From: Acidimicrobiales bacterium
GTDB taxonomy: Bacteria > Actinomycetota > Acidimicrobiia > Acidimicrobiales > RAAP-2
Direction: 5' to 3'
DNA: 64,000 bases
NCBI GenBank assembly: GCA_035532375.1
Contig: DATKRC010000125.1
Location: 5,805 to 69,804 of the forward strand
The notes under the pieces are model-generated. The model saw nothing but the letters and a program-made list of their open reading frames with translations. It searched no databases and was not told the DNA's origin. Numbering within the stretch: position 1 is the stretch's first letter; the number at the start of each line of letters is the position of its first letter. A program made the position numbers and the translations under genes. Of this stretch, positions 30,850-42,539 are shown piece after piece.

Positions 30850-33060
30850 TCACGACTTGAACAAGTAGTCGGCTTCTTCGTCGTCGATGAAAAGGCGTAG
30901 TTCGTCGACCATTTCGGGTTCCGTGTCGAGACCGTCTCTTTGGACCATCGTGGCAGCTACCTGCTGAGCGGCGATCAATAAGTCCTCGTCGCGGCCTAAG
31001 GAGGCCAAGTGCAGGTCGCTTCGTCCGCGTTGGCGCGATCCCAGCAGCGTTCCTTCCCCGCGAAGATCGAGGTCGATTTCGGCCAGGGCGAACCCGTCGT
31101 TGGAGTCCACCAACGCCTGCAAGCGCTTCGTCCCGTCGTCGCTCGGCGACGTGCCTAACAGGTAGCAGAAACTCTGTACGTCGCTTCGTCCGACGCGACC
31201 GCGTAGTTGGTGCAGTTGCGCGAGGCCGAATCGCCAGGCGTCTTCGATCACGATGACGCTCGCTTCGGGCACGTCGACGCCGACTTCGATCACCACCGTG
31301 GCGACCAGTACGTCGAGTTCGCCGGCGCGGAACTGAGCCATGACCTCTTCCTTTTCCGGACCTTTCATCTGCCCGTGCAGAAGGCCGACCGCGAGACCGC
31401 GCAACTCATTGAGCGCGAGGCGCGTACGTTCTTCGACGGCGCTCGTGGCCTCTATCTTTTCGGAACCTTCCACGAGCGGACAGATCACGTACGCCCGTCG
31501 ACCGAGCGCGACCTCGTCGCGTACCCGCTGCCAGCAACTGGCCACTTCCAATCCTTCCTTGGTCCAGTACGTCTTGATCGGCAGGCGGCCTTGGGGCATC
31601 TCGTCCAATACCGAACGCTCGAGGTCGCCGAAGACGACCATGGCCGCCGTGCGCGGTATCGGCGTCGCGGTCATAACCAACAAGTCCGGGTCGGCCGCTT
31701 CATCCGAGCGCTGGCGACCTTTATCACGCAACGCCGCTCGCTGTTCGACGCCGAAGCGGTGCTGTTCGTCGATCACGATCACCCCGAGAGCGCGAAAGCG
31801 AACCTCGTCATTCAACAATGCGTGCGTGCCGACGACGATATCGACCGAGCCGTCACGAAGACCGTCCAACACACTCTGGCGTTCCTTGGACCTCACTCGC
31901 CCCGTGAGCAGTTGTATCGAGAGTGGCCGTTCGCCACCCAGCACCGCAGGATCGGCCTTCGTGAGTCCCTCTAAGTCCTTGCGCAGTGACGCCAGGTGTT
32001 GTTCGGCCAACACTTCGGTCGGCGCCATCAACGCGCCCTGACGTCCACCGTCGATCGAGGCCAGCAACGCCGTCAACGCCACGATGGTCTTTCCCGATCC
32101 AACGTCGCCCTGCAGCAGCCGATGCATCGGTAGTGGCGACGAGAGATCGGTGGCGATCTCGCCCAGCACACGACGTTGGGCGTTCGTCAGGGCGAAGTGA
32201 TGGCCGACGAGAAATCGACGCACTAGTGACGACGAGGTATCGGCGAGGGCTCTGGGGCCGACGTCGAGGTCTTCGGTGTTAATCGGGTGACGAATGCCGG
32301 CCGACGTCGCCTCGAGTCGGCGACGGCGCAGCGCTAACAACAACTGGAGTCGCAAGAACTCGTCGAAGGCGAGTCGTCGGCGCGCGGGTTTCGTGTCGGC
32401 GATGTCAGCCGGGAGATGGATCCCCCAATACGACTCCGTGCGATCGACGAGGTCGAGTTCGCGACGCACGACTTCGGGGACCGGATCGAGAAGCGGTCCG
32501 GCCCGACGCAGGCTTTCGTCAATGAAGCCGCCGATTTCCCAACTAGTGAGTCCGGCCTTGCCCGATGCCGGATAGATCGGCACGACGCGACCAATGCGCG
32601 AGGCGTCTCGTTCGTCCCCGGACGGCCCAATGATCACGTCGACCACGGGATTGGTCATCTGACGCTGGCCTTTGTAGTCAGTCACTTTGCCAAAGAAGAG
32701 CGCCTGAACGCCTTTCGGCAGCTGACGTTCGCGCCAACCCTGATTGAAGAAGACGACCTTGAACGATCCGCTTTCGTCGCTGACGCTGGCCTCGACCATG
32801 ACGCGTCCGTTCTTCGTGCGCCGACCACTGATCTTGGTCACTTCGCCGAATACGGCGGCTTCTTCACCGACAGTGAGATCCGAGAGATCGACGCGCTTGG
32901 TGCGGTCGATGTAGCGACGGGGATAAATGGTCAGGAGATCGAAGACGTTGTCGATGCCCAGTGTCGCCAACGCGGCCGTGCGCTTCTCGCCTATGTGGCG
33001 CAGTTGGCTGACCGGAATGTCGCCTAACTCACGAAGCCGGCGTGGCGCCGTCTCACTCAT
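30850..33060 (-). CDS. recG: ATP-dependent DNA helicase RecG
   Basis: QGDVGSGKT, DEQHRFGV, QLHQLRGRVGR. Confidence 0.97.
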   Translation of the reverse strand: MSETAPRRLRELGDIPVSQLRHIGEKRTAALATLGIDNVFDLLTIYPRRYIDRTKRVDLSDLTVGEEAAVFGEVTKISGRRTKNGRVMVEASVSDESGSFKVVFFNQGWRERQLPKGVQALFFGKVTDYKGQRQMTNPVVDVIIGPSGDERDASRIGRVVPIYPASGKAGLTSWEIGGFIDESLRRAGPLLDPVPEVVRRELDLVDRTESYWGIHLPADIADTKPARRRLAFDEFLRLQLLLALRRRRLEATSAGIRHPINTEDLDVGPRALADTSSSLVRRFLVGHHFALTNAQRRVLGEIATDLSSPLPMHRLLQGDVGSGKTIVALTALLASIDGGRQGALMAPTEVLAEQHLASLRKDLEGLTKADPAVLGGERPLSIQLLTGRVRSKERQSVLDGLRDGSVDIVVGTHALLNDEVRFRALGVIVIDEQHRFGVEQRAALRDKGRQRSDEAADPDLLVMTATPIPRTAAMVVFGDLERSVLDEMPQGRLPIKTYWTKEGLEVASCWQRVRDEVALGRRAYVICPLVEGSEKIEATSAVEERTRLALNELRGLAVGLLHGQMKGPEKEEVMAQFRAGELDVLVATVVIEVGVDVPEASVIVIEDAWRFGLAQLHQLRGRVGRSDVQSFCYLLGTSPSDDGTKRLQALVDSNDGFALAEIDLDLRGEGTLLGSRQRGRSDLHLASLGRDEDLLIAAQQVAATMVQRDGLDTEPEMVDELRLFIDDEEADYLFKS

Positions 33061-34694
33061 TCGATGCCGAAGTAATAGGGGTACAACGGCTGGCCCCCGT
33101 GATGGACTTCGACGGTGATTCTTGGATGTTCGTCGGCCAGGAACTCGGTGATCCGTCGAGTGTTGGCCGGTGAGGATCCCTCACCCTCGATGATGGTGAC
33201 CAACTCGTGCTCAGGCGTGATGATTTCGTCCAAGAGTCGGTTGCTCGCCCCGGCGATCGAGCCATCGACGGAGCGCACGCCGTCGGCAGTGAGACCGATC
33301 CAGTCACCGACACGCACCTCGCCCACGTCGGTCGTGGTGTCGCGCACCGCCCGGGTCACTTCGGCCGCCACGACGTTGCACGCCGCGACGCTCATCGCTT
33401 TGGCGTTGGCCTCGGCCGTGGCGTCCGGGTCGTAGTCGAGCAACGCCGCGAAGCCTTCGACGATGGAATTCGTCGGCACCACCGTGACGGTCTGTTCGAC
33501 CAGGTCGTTCACCTGCTCGGCGACCGGACGGATGTTCTTGTTGTTCGGCAAGAGGACCACTTGATCGGATCCGGTGGCGCGCACCGCCGCCACGAGGTCG
33601 GCCGTCGACGGGTTCATCGATTGTCCGCCCGACACGACGCCGCGCACGCCGAGCGAACGAAAGATCCTTCCGACGCCCTCGCCGACGACGACCGCGACCA
33701 CGGCGGTCGTCGGTGCCGGGTGAACTTCGACTTCGAGTTGCTCGGCACTGCCCTCGCGGACCCAGCGCTCCTCGAGTACCTGCTCGGAGAGATCGGTCAC
33801 GCGAATGTCACGCGGTCGACCAGCGTCGAGGGCCGCCTCGATCGCGGCGCCGATGTTGTCGGTGTGGATGTGGCAGTTGTAGAGACCGTCGCCGCCGACG
33901 ATGACGATGGAGTCGCCGATTCCTGACCAGACCTCGCGGAAACCGTCTATCTTGTCCTCCTCGGCGTCAAGGAAGTACATCACCTCGTAGCGAAGGTCGG
34001 CGATGTTCGATTCGCGTTCGTCGGTCTCTTCGTGCACGTGCACCGAGATGGAATCGGCCGACGGCGCGATCGGTAGCGGATCGTCGGCGACCACGCTGCA
34101 CAGTGCGTCGTAGAGCAACAGGAGTCCCGTGCCGCCGGAGTCGACGACCCCGGCCTGTTTCAGTACCGGGAGCTGCTCGGGCGTCAAGGCCAGCGCGTCT
34201 TTCGCGCGGTCGCGGGCCGAGCGCACGAGTTCGATCAACGTCTCGCCGTGCGCACGAGCTCCTTCGGCCGCGGCGCGGGCAATGGACAACATCGTGCCCT
34301 CGACGATGCGAACGACGGCTTGGCGCGCGAGGACGTCGGCGTTCTCGAGCGACTCGGCCAACAGATCAGGCGACACGTCACCCTTGATGGGGAATTTGGC
34401 CACTAGTCCGCGCAACATCTGGGAAAGAATGACCCCGGAGTTGCCCCGCGCGCCCATCAACGAGCCGTGGGCGATTGCCTTGCACACCTCGGCCATCTCG
34501 GCGTCGTCGGCCAGCGGACCCAGTTCGGCGGTGACCGATTCGATGGTGAGGGTCATGTTGGTCCCGGTATCGCCGTCCGGTACGGGATAGACGTTCAGTC
34601 GATTGATGACCTCTTTATGAGAACGCAGCAGATCCAGGTAGGTGGCGATCGTTGAACGCAGTTCGCGCGCGGACAGCGTCAACGGAGTGGTCAT
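33057..34694 (-). CDS. DAK2-domain fatty acid kinase subunit
   Basis: NVYPVPDGDTGTNM, GARGNSG, HHGGQPLY. Confidence 0.92.
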   Translation of the reverse strand: MTTPLTLSARELRSTIATYLDLLRSHKEVINRLNVYPVPDGDTGTNMTLTIESVTAELGPLADDAEMAEVCKAIAHGSLMGARGNSGVILSQMLRGLVAKFPIKGDVSPDLLAESLENADVLARQAVVRIVEGTMLSIARAAAEGARAHGETLIELVRSARDRAKDALALTPEQLPVLKQAGVVDSGGTGLLLLYDALCSVVADDPLPIAPSADSISVHVHEETDERESNIADLRYEVMYFLDAEEDKIDGFREVWSGIGDSIVIVGGDGLYNCHIHTDNIGAAIEAALDAGRPRDIRVTDLSEQVLEERWVREGSAEQLEVEVHPAPTTAVVAVVVGEGVGRIFRSLGVRGVVSGGQSMNPSTADLVAAVRATGSDQVVLLPNNKNIRPVAEQVNDLVEQTVTVVPTNSIVEGFAALLDYDPDATAEANAKAMSVAACNVVAAEVTRAVRDTTTDVGEVRVGDWIGLTADGVRSVDGSIAGASNRLLDEIITPEHELVTIIEGEGSSPANTRRITEFLADEHPRITVEVHHGGQPLYPYYFGIE

Positions 34695-34772
34695 TGTTCG
34701 AAATGCTACAATGGACATTCGGTTTAGTCCGGTGGCGCCAAATGGCGCCTACGACCAAGGAGAACGTTCATC

Positions 34773-34982
34773 ATGGCATCCGTCTGCGAAATCTGCGGTA
34801 AGAAGCCGTCGTTCGGCATGAACGTCTCGCACTCGCACCGTCGTACCAAGCGTCGTTGGAACCCGAATATCCAGCGCGTTCGCGCCATGGTCGGCGGTAC
34901 GCAAAAGCGTATGAACGTCTGCACCGGCTGCATCCGTTCGGGCAAGGTCACCAAGCCCGTTCGCCGCGTCGTCGAGGCGTAA
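34773..34982 (+). CDS. rpmB: 50S ribosomal protein L28
   Basis: [23 protein letters not shown]. Confidence 0.97.
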   Translation: MASVCEICGKKPSFGMNVSHSHRRTKRRWNPNIQRVRAMVGGTQKRMNVCTGCIRSGKVTKPVRRVVEA

Positions 34983-34983
34983 C

Positions 34984-35937
34984 TCAAAGCTGGTGCTGCC
35001 AGCCGCGCGGTTCGAACACTTCTCCTCGTAAAGTCCTCGTCGCTTCGTCCGAGACAACCTTCCCGATCGTGAGTGGTGCCCGCAGTCCCCGGTCCTGAAA
35101 GACCAGCCGCAGTCGCGCCGCGTCATCGGTCGCGATCAACAACTCGTAGTCCTCTCCCCCGCCGATCGCCTCGTCGACGGTCGCACCGTCAGCGACCGGG
35201 ACGTCGGTCAACTCGAAGCCGACCCCGGACGCGTCGGCCAGTCGGTGCAGGTCGAGCCCGAGTCCGTCACTGAGATCCATCATCGCGTGAACCGCGGCTC
35301 CTCGCGCCGCTAAACCTTCGGCGAGACGGGGCCACGGCCGACGATGCGCGACGACCAGTTCGTCGGCAAGTGGCGCGCCGGCCCGGCGACGCCGAAGACC
35401 CGCCGCCGAACGGCCGAGCGCGCCGGTGACCAACAATTCGTCTCCGGGCTTCGCGCCCGAGCGGTAGATCGCGCCTCGACCGGGACAATCGCCCAAGACC
35501 GTGACCGCGACCGCAATGTCGCGACCCAGTGCGAGGTCACCGCCGACGATCGGGCAGTTGGTGAGAATCGAGGCGTCGGCGATGCCGCGGTGCAACTCTT
35601 CTAAGTCCGTTCCCTCCGGAGCCGTCACCGCGACGACCGCGCCACGAACACGCGCGCCCATGGCGGCCAAATCCGAGACCGCCGCGGCGACCGCTTTGAA
35701 CCCCAGGTCCTCCAATGGAAAGTATTGCGAATCGAGATGGACATCGAGGACCGCGACATCGGTGCTGATCACAGACTGTCCGACCAGGGGCGCGAGCACT
35801 GCGGCGTCGTCGCCGATATGGCGTTCGCCCTTCGGAATATGGCGTTGTCCGACTATTTGGGCGATACGCTCGATGACGTCATCTTCACGTCGGGAGTAAA
35901 CCCCTTCGGGGACTGTTGGGTCAGTCGGCGTGGGCAT
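34984..35937 (-). CDS. thiL: Thiamine-monophosphate kinase
   Basis: IGDDAAV, SDLAAMG, DLSDGL, GGEDYEL. Confidence 0.95.
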   Translation of the reverse strand: MPTPTDPTVPEGVYSRREDDVIERIAQIVGQRHIPKGERHIGDDAAVLAPLVGQSVISTDVAVLDVHLDSQYFPLEDLGFKAVAAAVSDLAAMGARVRGAVVAVTAPEGTDLEELHRGIADASILTNCPIVGGDLALGRDIAVAVTVLGDCPGRGAIYRSGAKPGDELLVTGALGRSAAGLRRRRAGAPLADELVVAHRRPWPRLAEGLAARGAAVHAMMDLSDGLGLDLHRLADASGVGFELTDVPVADGATVDEAIGGGEDYELLIATDDAARLRLVFQDRGLRAPLTIGKVVSDEATRTLRGEVFEPRGWQHQL

Positions 35938-35999
35938 GAACCTGGTGAACCAGGCGTGCGTCGCAGCGTTGCGGCGCCCTATGAGTGGAGGAACTCAAC

Positions 36000-37790
36000 G
36001 TGTCGTACCCGACCCAACACAAGAAACTGATCTCGTGGGTGGAAGAGATAGCGCAGCTCACAACCCCCGATCGTATCCACTGGTGCGACGGATCGGATCA
36101 GGAGTACGACGAACTCTGTCAACTCCTCGTCGACCACGGCACCTTCATCCGACTCTCGGAGTCGAAGCGACCGAATAGCTACTACGCGACGTCGGACCCC
36201 GATGACGTCGCGCGCGTCGAGGACCGCACGTTCATCTGCTCCAAGGATGAGCGCGACGCCGGTCCGACCAATAACTGGCGCGAACCGAGCGAGATGCGCG
36301 ACATCCTGACGGGTCTCTTCGCGGGATCGATGAAAGGTCGCACCATGTACGTGGTGCCGTTCTCCATGGGGCCACTCGGTTCGTCGATCAGCCACATCGG
36401 GGTCGAAGTCACGGACTCGGCCTACGTCGCGGTCAATATGAAGATAATGACGCGCATGGGCACTGGCGCGCTCGAAGTCCTCGGTGACGACGGCGAGTTC
36501 GTGCCGTGCCTCCATTCGGTCGGCGCGCCGCTCGAAAAAGGTCAAGTCGACGTCAAGTGGCCGTGCAACGCCGAGAACAAGTACATCGTGCACTTCCCCG
36601 AGACCCGCGAGATCATCTCCTACGGCTCGGGTTACGGCGGCAACGCCCTCTTGGGCAAGAAGTGCTTCGCGTTGCGTATCGCTTCGACCCAGGGGCGCGA
36701 CAACGGCTGGCTGGCCGAGCACATGCTGGTATTGAAGCTCACCAACCCGGCCGGCGAAACCCGCTACGTGACTGGCGCGTTTCCCAGTGCCTGTGGCAAG
36801 ACGAACTTGGCGATGCTGGTGCCCACGTTGCCGGGCTGGAAAGTCGAGACGATCGGTGACGACATCTGCTGGATGAAGCCCGGTCCTGACGGACGTCTCT
36901 ACGCGATCAACCCCGAGGCCGGCTTCTTCGGGGTCGCACCCGGGACCAACATGGTGACCAATCCCAACGCGATGCTCTCGGTCCAGGCCAACACGATATT
37001 TACCAACACGGCGCTGACTCCCGACGGCGACATCTGGTGGGAAGGCATGGGCGATCCGCCCGAGGGCCTTCTCGACTGGAAGGGCCAAGTGTGGTCGAAG
37101 GACCTGGGTACCCCGGCGGCCCATCCGAATTCTCGCTTCACCGCCCCGGCCGCCCAGGATCCGGCGATTGCCGCCGAGTGGGAAGATCCGGCCGGTGTGC
37201 CAATCGACGCCATTTTGTTTGGTGGTCGCCGCGCGAACACGATTCCGCTGGTCTTCCAATCGCGCAACTGGGATCACGGCGTCTTCTTGGGCTCGATCCT
37301 GTCCTCTGAGACGACGGCCGCGGCGACCGGTACCGTCGGCAGACTGCGACGTGACCCCTTCGCCATGCTGCCCTTTTGCGGCTACAACATGGCCGACTAC
37401 TTCGCCCACTGGCTGACGTTCTCCCAGCGCTTCGACGAGGCCACACTGCCGAAGATCTTCTACGTGAACTGGTTTCGCAAGGGTGGCGACGGCCGCTGGC
37501 TGTGGCCCGGCTACGGCGAGAACAGTCGTGTGCTCGAGTGGGTCTTCGAGCGAACGGCTGGTCGCGGCGACGCCGTCGAGACGCCGATCGGGTTCGTTCC
37601 GACGGCCACCGCGATCAATGTCGAAGGTCTCAACGTCACCGAAGCGGACATGACCGAGTTGTTGACGGTCCATACGCACGAGTGGCACGAAGAGGTGCCG
37701 TTGATTCGCGAGCACTTCGCGGAGTTCGGCCAGGACCTTCCCGCCAAACTCCACGAAGAAGTCGATCGACTCAAAGCTCAGCTCGGATAA
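36000..37790 (+). CDS. pckG: GTP-dependent PEP carboxykinase
   Basis: [38 protein letters not shown]. Confidence 0.97.
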   Translation: MSYPTQHKKLISWVEEIAQLTTPDRIHWCDGSDQEYDELCQLLVDHGTFIRLSESKRPNSYYATSDPDDVARVEDRTFICSKDERDAGPTNNWREPSEMRDILTGLFAGSMKGRTMYVVPFSMGPLGSSISHIGVEVTDSAYVAVNMKIMTRMGTGALEVLGDDGEFVPCLHSVGAPLEKGQVDVKWPCNAENKYIVHFPETREIISYGSGYGGNALLGKKCFALRIASTQGRDNGWLAEHMLVLKLTNPAGETRYVTGAFPSACGKTNLAMLVPTLPGWKVETIGDDICWMKPGPDGRLYAINPEAGFFGVAPGTNMVTNPNAMLSVQANTIFTNTALTPDGDIWWEGMGDPPEGLLDWKGQVWSKDLGTPAAHPNSRFTAPAAQDPAIAAEWEDPAGVPIDAILFGGRRANTIPLVFQSRNWDHGVFLGSILSSETTAAATGTVGRLRRDPFAMLPFCGYNMADYFAHWLTFSQRFDEATLPKIFYVNWFRKGGDGRWLWPGYGENSRVLEWVFERTAGRGDAVETPIGFVPTATAINVEGLNVTEADMTELLTVHTHEWHEEVPLIREHFAEFGQDLPAKLHEEVDRLKAQLG

Positions 37791-37820
37791 TTCTCGCGTG
37801 CGAAGTCGAGAGACGGGGAC

Positions 37821-39116
37821 CTAGTCCACCGTTTCTGCGTCGGCAACGATCAGTCGCGGTCCGGATGGCCAGTCGAAGTATCGCCACGTCCAATTGATCA
37901 ACACGCGCAGTCGATTACGAAAACCCACCAGGTACCACAAGTGCAGGCCGAGCCAAGCCAGCCAACCAAGGCGACCCTTGACCACGACGCCGTGCGGCAA
38001 CTCCGCGACCGCGGCGTTTCGACCGATCGTCGCCATTATCCCCTTGTCGTGATAGTGAAACGGCGTCGTCGCCTCACCATGAACGACGTGAAGGATCTGC
38101 TTCGCACAATGCCGACCGCTCTGAATGGCGACGGGCGCCAGTTGCGGACAGAAATCCGCGCCCAGCGGCTCAGCCGCGGCGTCACCGACGGCCCACACGT
38201 TGTCGCTGCCGACGAGGCGCAGATCCGGGTTCACGCGTAACCGACCATTCGGTCCTGAGGTCGCGCGCAAGTCCTTCGGCAGCGCGTCGCCGGCACTCAC
38301 GCCGGCCGCCCAAATGACGGCGGCGCATTCGATTTGCTCGCCGTCCTCGAATCGAATCGAATTCTCGTTAATCGCGACGACCGATCGCCCGAACTGGACT
38401 TCGACTCCGGTCGACTCCAGTCGGCGCTTGGCGTACTCACTCGCGCGCGCCACGAAGGCCGTCAACAACCGTGGCGCCACGTCGACCAACACGACGTGAA
38501 TCCGCTTGGGATCGAGTCGAAGGCCGTCGCGACGAATCGCGATCTGTATCAACTCCGACAATGCGCCCGACGTCTCGACGCCGGTCGGGCCTCCCCCGAC
38601 CACGACGAACGTGAGCTCGGGTGAGGACTGCTCGCTCTCGCCGCGCACCTCAGTCTCTTCGAGAATCGAAAGAAGACGATTGCGAAGTCGTCGAGCGTCG
38701 GCCAACGTGTAGAGCGGCAGCGCGAACTTCGACGCACCGGGAATGCCGAAGAACGCAGCCGTCGCCCCGGTGGCGATGACGAGGTGGTCGTAGGAAACCC
38801 GCGAATCGTCGCCGAGCGTGACGAGGTTTCGCGTCTGATCGACACTGCGGACTCGACCGTGTCGGAATCGCACGTTCGCGGCGTGACCGAAGATCGTGCG
38901 GATCGGAAACGCCACGTCGGCCGGCTCCAATCCTGCCGTCGCCACTTGGTACAACAAGGGCTGGAACGTGTGGAAGTTGTGCTGATCGATGATCGTGACC
39001 CGGACGTCGTGACCGACCAGACCTTTCGCGGTGGCGACCCCTCCAAAACCGCCGCCGAGGACTATGACGTGCGGAAGCGACGAAAGGTCGCGAGGGCCGG
39101 AGCGGGTAGTCGCCAT
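37821..39116 (-). CDS. ndh: Type II NADH dehydrogenase
   Basis: GGGFGG, FQPLLYQVAT, GGGPTGVE, DKGIMATIGR. Confidence 0.92.
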   Translation of the reverse strand: MATTRSGPRDLSSLPHVIVLGGGFGGVATAKGLVGHDVRVTIIDQHNFHTFQPLLYQVATAGLEPADVAFPIRTIFGHAANVRFRHGRVRSVDQTRNLVTLGDDSRVSYDHLVIATGATAAFFGIPGASKFALPLYTLADARRLRNRLLSILEETEVRGESEQSSPELTFVVVGGGPTGVETSGALSELIQIAIRRDGLRLDPKRIHVVLVDVAPRLLTAFVARASEYAKRRLESTGVEVQFGRSVVAINENSIRFEDGEQIECAAVIWAAGVSAGDALPKDLRATSGPNGRLRVNPDLRLVGSDNVWAVGDAAAEPLGADFCPQLAPVAIQSGRHCAKQILHVVHGEATTPFHYHDKGIMATIGRNAAVAELPHGVVVKGRLGWLAWLGLHLWYLVGFRNRLRVLINWTWRYFDWPSGPRLIVADAETVD

Positions 39117-39152
39117 GTGCCGCTCAGCATAATGACGACGCCATCAGGTTCA

Positions 39153-40451
39153 TCAGGCGCGAGCGAAGCGCCGTCCGAAGCCGTAAATCAGTCCGGCGGC
39201 GAAGGTCAGGACCGCGAGCAGGCCATCGCCGACCGAGAAGCGCAAGGTGATGGCGACTGGTATCAACGCTCCGACGACCCAGAGCAATTGTTGACGCACG
39301 GCGAAGCGCGCGAAGGTACGACCCTGCGCGCCGGGCGCTACGTTGCGCTGGGTGATGGCATCGAAGGTTGGTTGCGCGACGGCCGCGCACAGACCAAGCC
39401 ATCCAGCCAGGATGACCTGCGTGATCAACGTCGAATGGAAGGCAGTCAGTGCAGATCCCAAGCCGGTCGCGAGCAGCGCCAACGTCAACAATGTCGATTC
39501 GGGAACGGCGTTTCGAAACCTGGTGACCAACGCCAAACCGATGAGGGCGCCGAACGCGCTGATCGCCAAGGCCACCGCGAAATAGCCCAGCGCGGCGTTG
39601 TCTCGTCGAAGTCCGAAGGCGAGGAGAAAGGTCGCGAACCCCACGGTGAAGCGCATCAACGCCGCGGCGCCGAGTCCCCACACAACTTCGATGTCGCCCA
39701 TCGGATTGAGCGCGTTGCGATCTCGTTCGGCCTGGGAGAGACCGGTGATCTCTTCGCGCACGACCTTCGGCGGGCGTTGCAACCGGAGACTGGCGACCGT
39801 CGCGCCGATGAAGACGACTGACGCCGTAATAAGGACACTCGTCGCCCCGAGACCCTTCAGTATCCCGGCGCCAATCGAACCGGCGACGAGTCCGCTCAAC
39901 GTGCCAAGCAGCGTGAGTTGAGCGTTGAACCCGGAGTAGCCCTTCTCCTGTTGTGCAGCATTACTCGGCCATCCCGCGCCGCCGACGCGGTCTGAGTGCT
40001 CACGCAGTTGATCCGTGCGCGCCATTTCAGGCACGAGCGCGCCGCGCGTGACGACATAGAGCTTGGATGAGATCAAGACCAGGAACGCTAACGGGAAGAG
40101 CCAGAGCGAATTGAGGTGTTGGCTCATCATCCAACACAGCCCCGCGCGTGCCGCCGCTGAAAGCGCCACCAAGATACGCCGCCCGTTCGCGGACTTGTCT
40201 ATGAGCGGTCCGAGCAACGGCGACACCACGGCAAAAGGAGCGATTGTCAACAAGAGATAAAGCAGTACCCGGCTCTTAGCTTCGGTCGGTGACACCGAGA
40301 AGAAAAGAGAACCGGCCAGTGAGACGGTGACCAGGGTGTCGCCGGCGATCATGATGACGTGCACCAGCGCCAGACGACCGAAGGCCGTCTCTTGATCGAA
40401 CAGTTCCTGCGCGGAGGCCCACGCGAGTGAACCGAATCCCCGTCGTCGCAC
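39153..40451 (-). CDS. MFS transporter
   Basis: LYLLLTIAPFAVV.PLLGP.ID; multiple TM segments. Confidence 0.85.
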   Translation of the reverse strand: MRRRGFGSLAWASAQELFDQETAFGRLALVHVIMIAGDTLVTVSLAGSLFFSVSPTEAKSRVLLYLLLTIAPFAVVSPLLGPLIDKSANGRRILVALSAAARAGLCWMMSQHLNSLWLFPLAFLVLISSKLYVVTRGALVPEMARTDQLREHSDRVGGAGWPSNAAQQEKGYSGFNAQLTLLGTLSGLVAGSIGAGILKGLGATSVLITASVVFIGATVASLRLQRPPKVVREEITGLSQAERDRNALNPMGDIEVVWGLGAAALMRFTVGFATFLLAFGLRRDNAALGYFAVALAISAFGALIGLALVTRFRNAVPESTLLTLALLATGLGSALTAFHSTLITQVILAGWLGLCAAVAQPTFDAITQRNVAPGAQGRTFARFAVRQQLLWVVGALIPVAITLRFSVGDGLLAVLTFAAGLIYGFGRRFARA

Positions 40452-40557
40452 GACATCGAGCGTACGTGATGGGTAGACGAGGACTAAACGTTCGACATCG
40501 CCGCGGGGGCGGCGAGACGAAGAATCCTCACTGAAGTTCTACAACACAGAAAGCGAT

Positions 40558-41172
40558 TCAGTGTCGCGCGATGATGACACCAAGCAGGACACCCATAGTG
40601 GCTTCCCAATCCGAATTGTCGATTGGCGTCGTCGACACGTCGTCGAGCGTGCGACCAATCAATAGCACCTGGATCAGGACCGCGATCGAGTGAGCGGAGA
40701 GTTCTCGACTGAGCCACTCGCGCTCCTGTCCGTATTGGACGATCGATTCGAGCTCGCTGGTCAGACGCGACTGCGTGGTCCCAATCAGTTCCCTCAGTTC
40801 GGGGCGCATCATCGACGCCGCCACGATGCGCGCCCGCAGAGCTCGTCGGGCGCGGCGCAGGTCGCTCGAGGTAAACGTCCCGACGAGTGCTTGCATGGCG
40901 ACGGCGTACTCGTCATAAGTCTTCGATGAGACACTCACCAACTGCAACGTGGCGAGGTCCTCTTGGGCCAACTTCGTGAACATCTGGTGATAGGCCGCGT
41001 CAATGACGCCTTCGCGCGACCCGAAGTGGTGATACACCGAGCCGTAGTTGACACCGGTCGCTTCGCAGATCTCAGGGATGCGAATGAGCGATTCATCGGC
41101 TTTGATCAGGCGTTCGCCGACCGCGTCCAATACTGCCTGCATGACTGGAGCGGAGCGGTTCTGTTTTGCCAT
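40558..41172 (-). CDS. TetR family regulator
   Basis: HTH IPEICEATGVNYGSVYHHFGSRE; leaderless TATTAT-N6-ATG. Confidence 0.88.
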   Translation of the reverse strand: MAKQNRSAPVMQAVLDAVGERLIKADESLIRIPEICEATGVNYGSVYHHFGSREGVIDAAYHQMFTKLAQEDLATLQLVSVSSKTYDEYAVAMQALVGTFTSSDLRRARRALRARIVAASMMRPELRELIGTTQSRLTSELESIVQYGQEREWLSRELSAHSIAVLIQVLLIGRTLDDVSTTPIDNSDWEATMGVLLGVIIARH

Positions 41173-41291
41173 CGAATCATAATAACGTGACCAATCGAAC
41201 GTTGGACAATCTGTATAGCGCAAAATACCTGTTCACCGCACGATTGTTTGGAAGTTGTTGAGCATCCAAAAACCGCGGATGCGCGCTTTAA

Positions 41292-42539
41292 TCACCAACG
41301 AACGGGCAACTCCGCCATTCCCCGCAAGAACGGGTGGGCTTGATAGATCGGTGAGAAACCCTCGGCGAGTCGAAGACCCGGCAGGCGCTTCGTCAGAACT
41401 TCCAAGGCAATTCGCGCCTCTAGTCGCGCCAACGGCGCGCCAATGCAATGATGGATGCCCCTTCCGAATGCTAGATTCGGCGCAACGCGTCCACGATCCA
41501 GCATGAAGGAATTGGCGTCGACGTAGTAGCGCTCGTCACGGTTGGCCGCGAGATACACCAAGAAGAGCTTCTGGTCCGCCAATACCGTTTGCCCGAGCAA
41601 CTGCGTGTCACGGGTTGCGATACGCCACATGCCATAGACCGAAGGGTCGCAGCGCAGAGCTTCCTCGAAGAACTGCGGCGCTAGGTTCGGATCGTCGACC
41701 AGCGCCTGCCATCGCTCGGGTACGGAGAGAAGTCGCCAGAGCACGTTCGTGAGTTCGTGGGCCAGCGTCTCGTGTCCGGCGAGAAAGAGACCTGGAACGA
41801 GGGACAGCATCTCTCGTTCGCTCAAGTTGAACTGGTCACGGCCCTGCGCGATGACGGTGAGAAGATCATTCTGAGGACGGTCGTAGCGCTCCTCTATGAG
41901 TCGAGAGATCATCCGGTGCATCTCGAGGATGTTGTTCGCCATCTCGAGTTGTTGCTCCAGCGGCACTCCCATCAATAGCGCAATCGCCAAATCGGGCCAG
42001 TCCTTTACGCCTCGACGAAGTGACGGCATGGCTTTTTTGGGCATCCCGAGCAGCAACGCCACCACGCGCAATGGCAATGGATAGGAGAACTGACTCAATA
42101 GATCGGCGCTCGTCCCATGTTCGAAGCCGTCGACGAGTTCGTCGCACGCCCAGCGAATCATGGCCCCATGCGTCGCGACGCTGCTCGGCGTGAACGAGGA
42201 CTCCATGACGCTTCGTAACCTCGTGTGATCTGGAGGGTCGACCCCTATCAGTGTGCCCTCCATCGGAATCTCGTCGCCGAACAGTTCGATGACCTCTGGT
42301 GAGAGCAGTTCGATGATAGAAAGAATGTCTTTCGAGCAGAACAGTTCCGGGTCTCGCAAGATCGACACGACGTCGTCGTAGCGGGTAACGATCCACGCGT
42401 TCATGATCGGACTGAAGAAGATCGACCCTTCGTCGCGCGCACGCGCCAAGACCGCGTCGGGGTCGGTCATGAAGACCGTGTCGAAGGGGTTGAAGGCCGA
42501 CTCGAGCGGAATATTCTCGTCAGCTGTTTGAACTGCCAT
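41292..42539 (-). CDS. Cytochrome P450
   Basis: DPPDHTRLR, AGHET, EALR, FGRGIHHCIG. Confidence 0.95.
   Translation of the reverse strand: MAVQTADENIPLESAFNPFDTVFMTDPDAVLARARDEGSIFFSPIMNAWIVTRYDDVVSILRDPELFCSKDILSIIELLSPEVIELFGDEIPMEGTLIGVDPPDHTRLRSVMESSFTPSSVATHGAMIRWACDELVDGFEHGTSADLLSQFSYPLPLRVVALLLGMPKKAMPSLRRGVKDWPDLAIALLMGVPLEQQLEMANNILEMHRMISRLIEERYDRPQNDLLTVIAQGRDQFNLSEREMLSLVPGLFLAGHETLAHELTNVLWRLLSVPERWQALVDDPNLAPQFFEEALRCDPSVYGMWRIATRDTQLLGQTVLADQKLFLVYLAANRDERYYVDANSFMLDRGRVAPNLAFGRGIHHCIGAPLARLEARIALEVLTKRLPGLRLAEGFSPIYQAHPFLRGMAELPVRW

Noticed and set aside
35979-37754. 591-aa ORF antisense to pckG (likewise 10722-12137 and 9021-9998)
   Set aside because: Shadow ORFs caused by high-GC codon bias opposite well-conserved genes.
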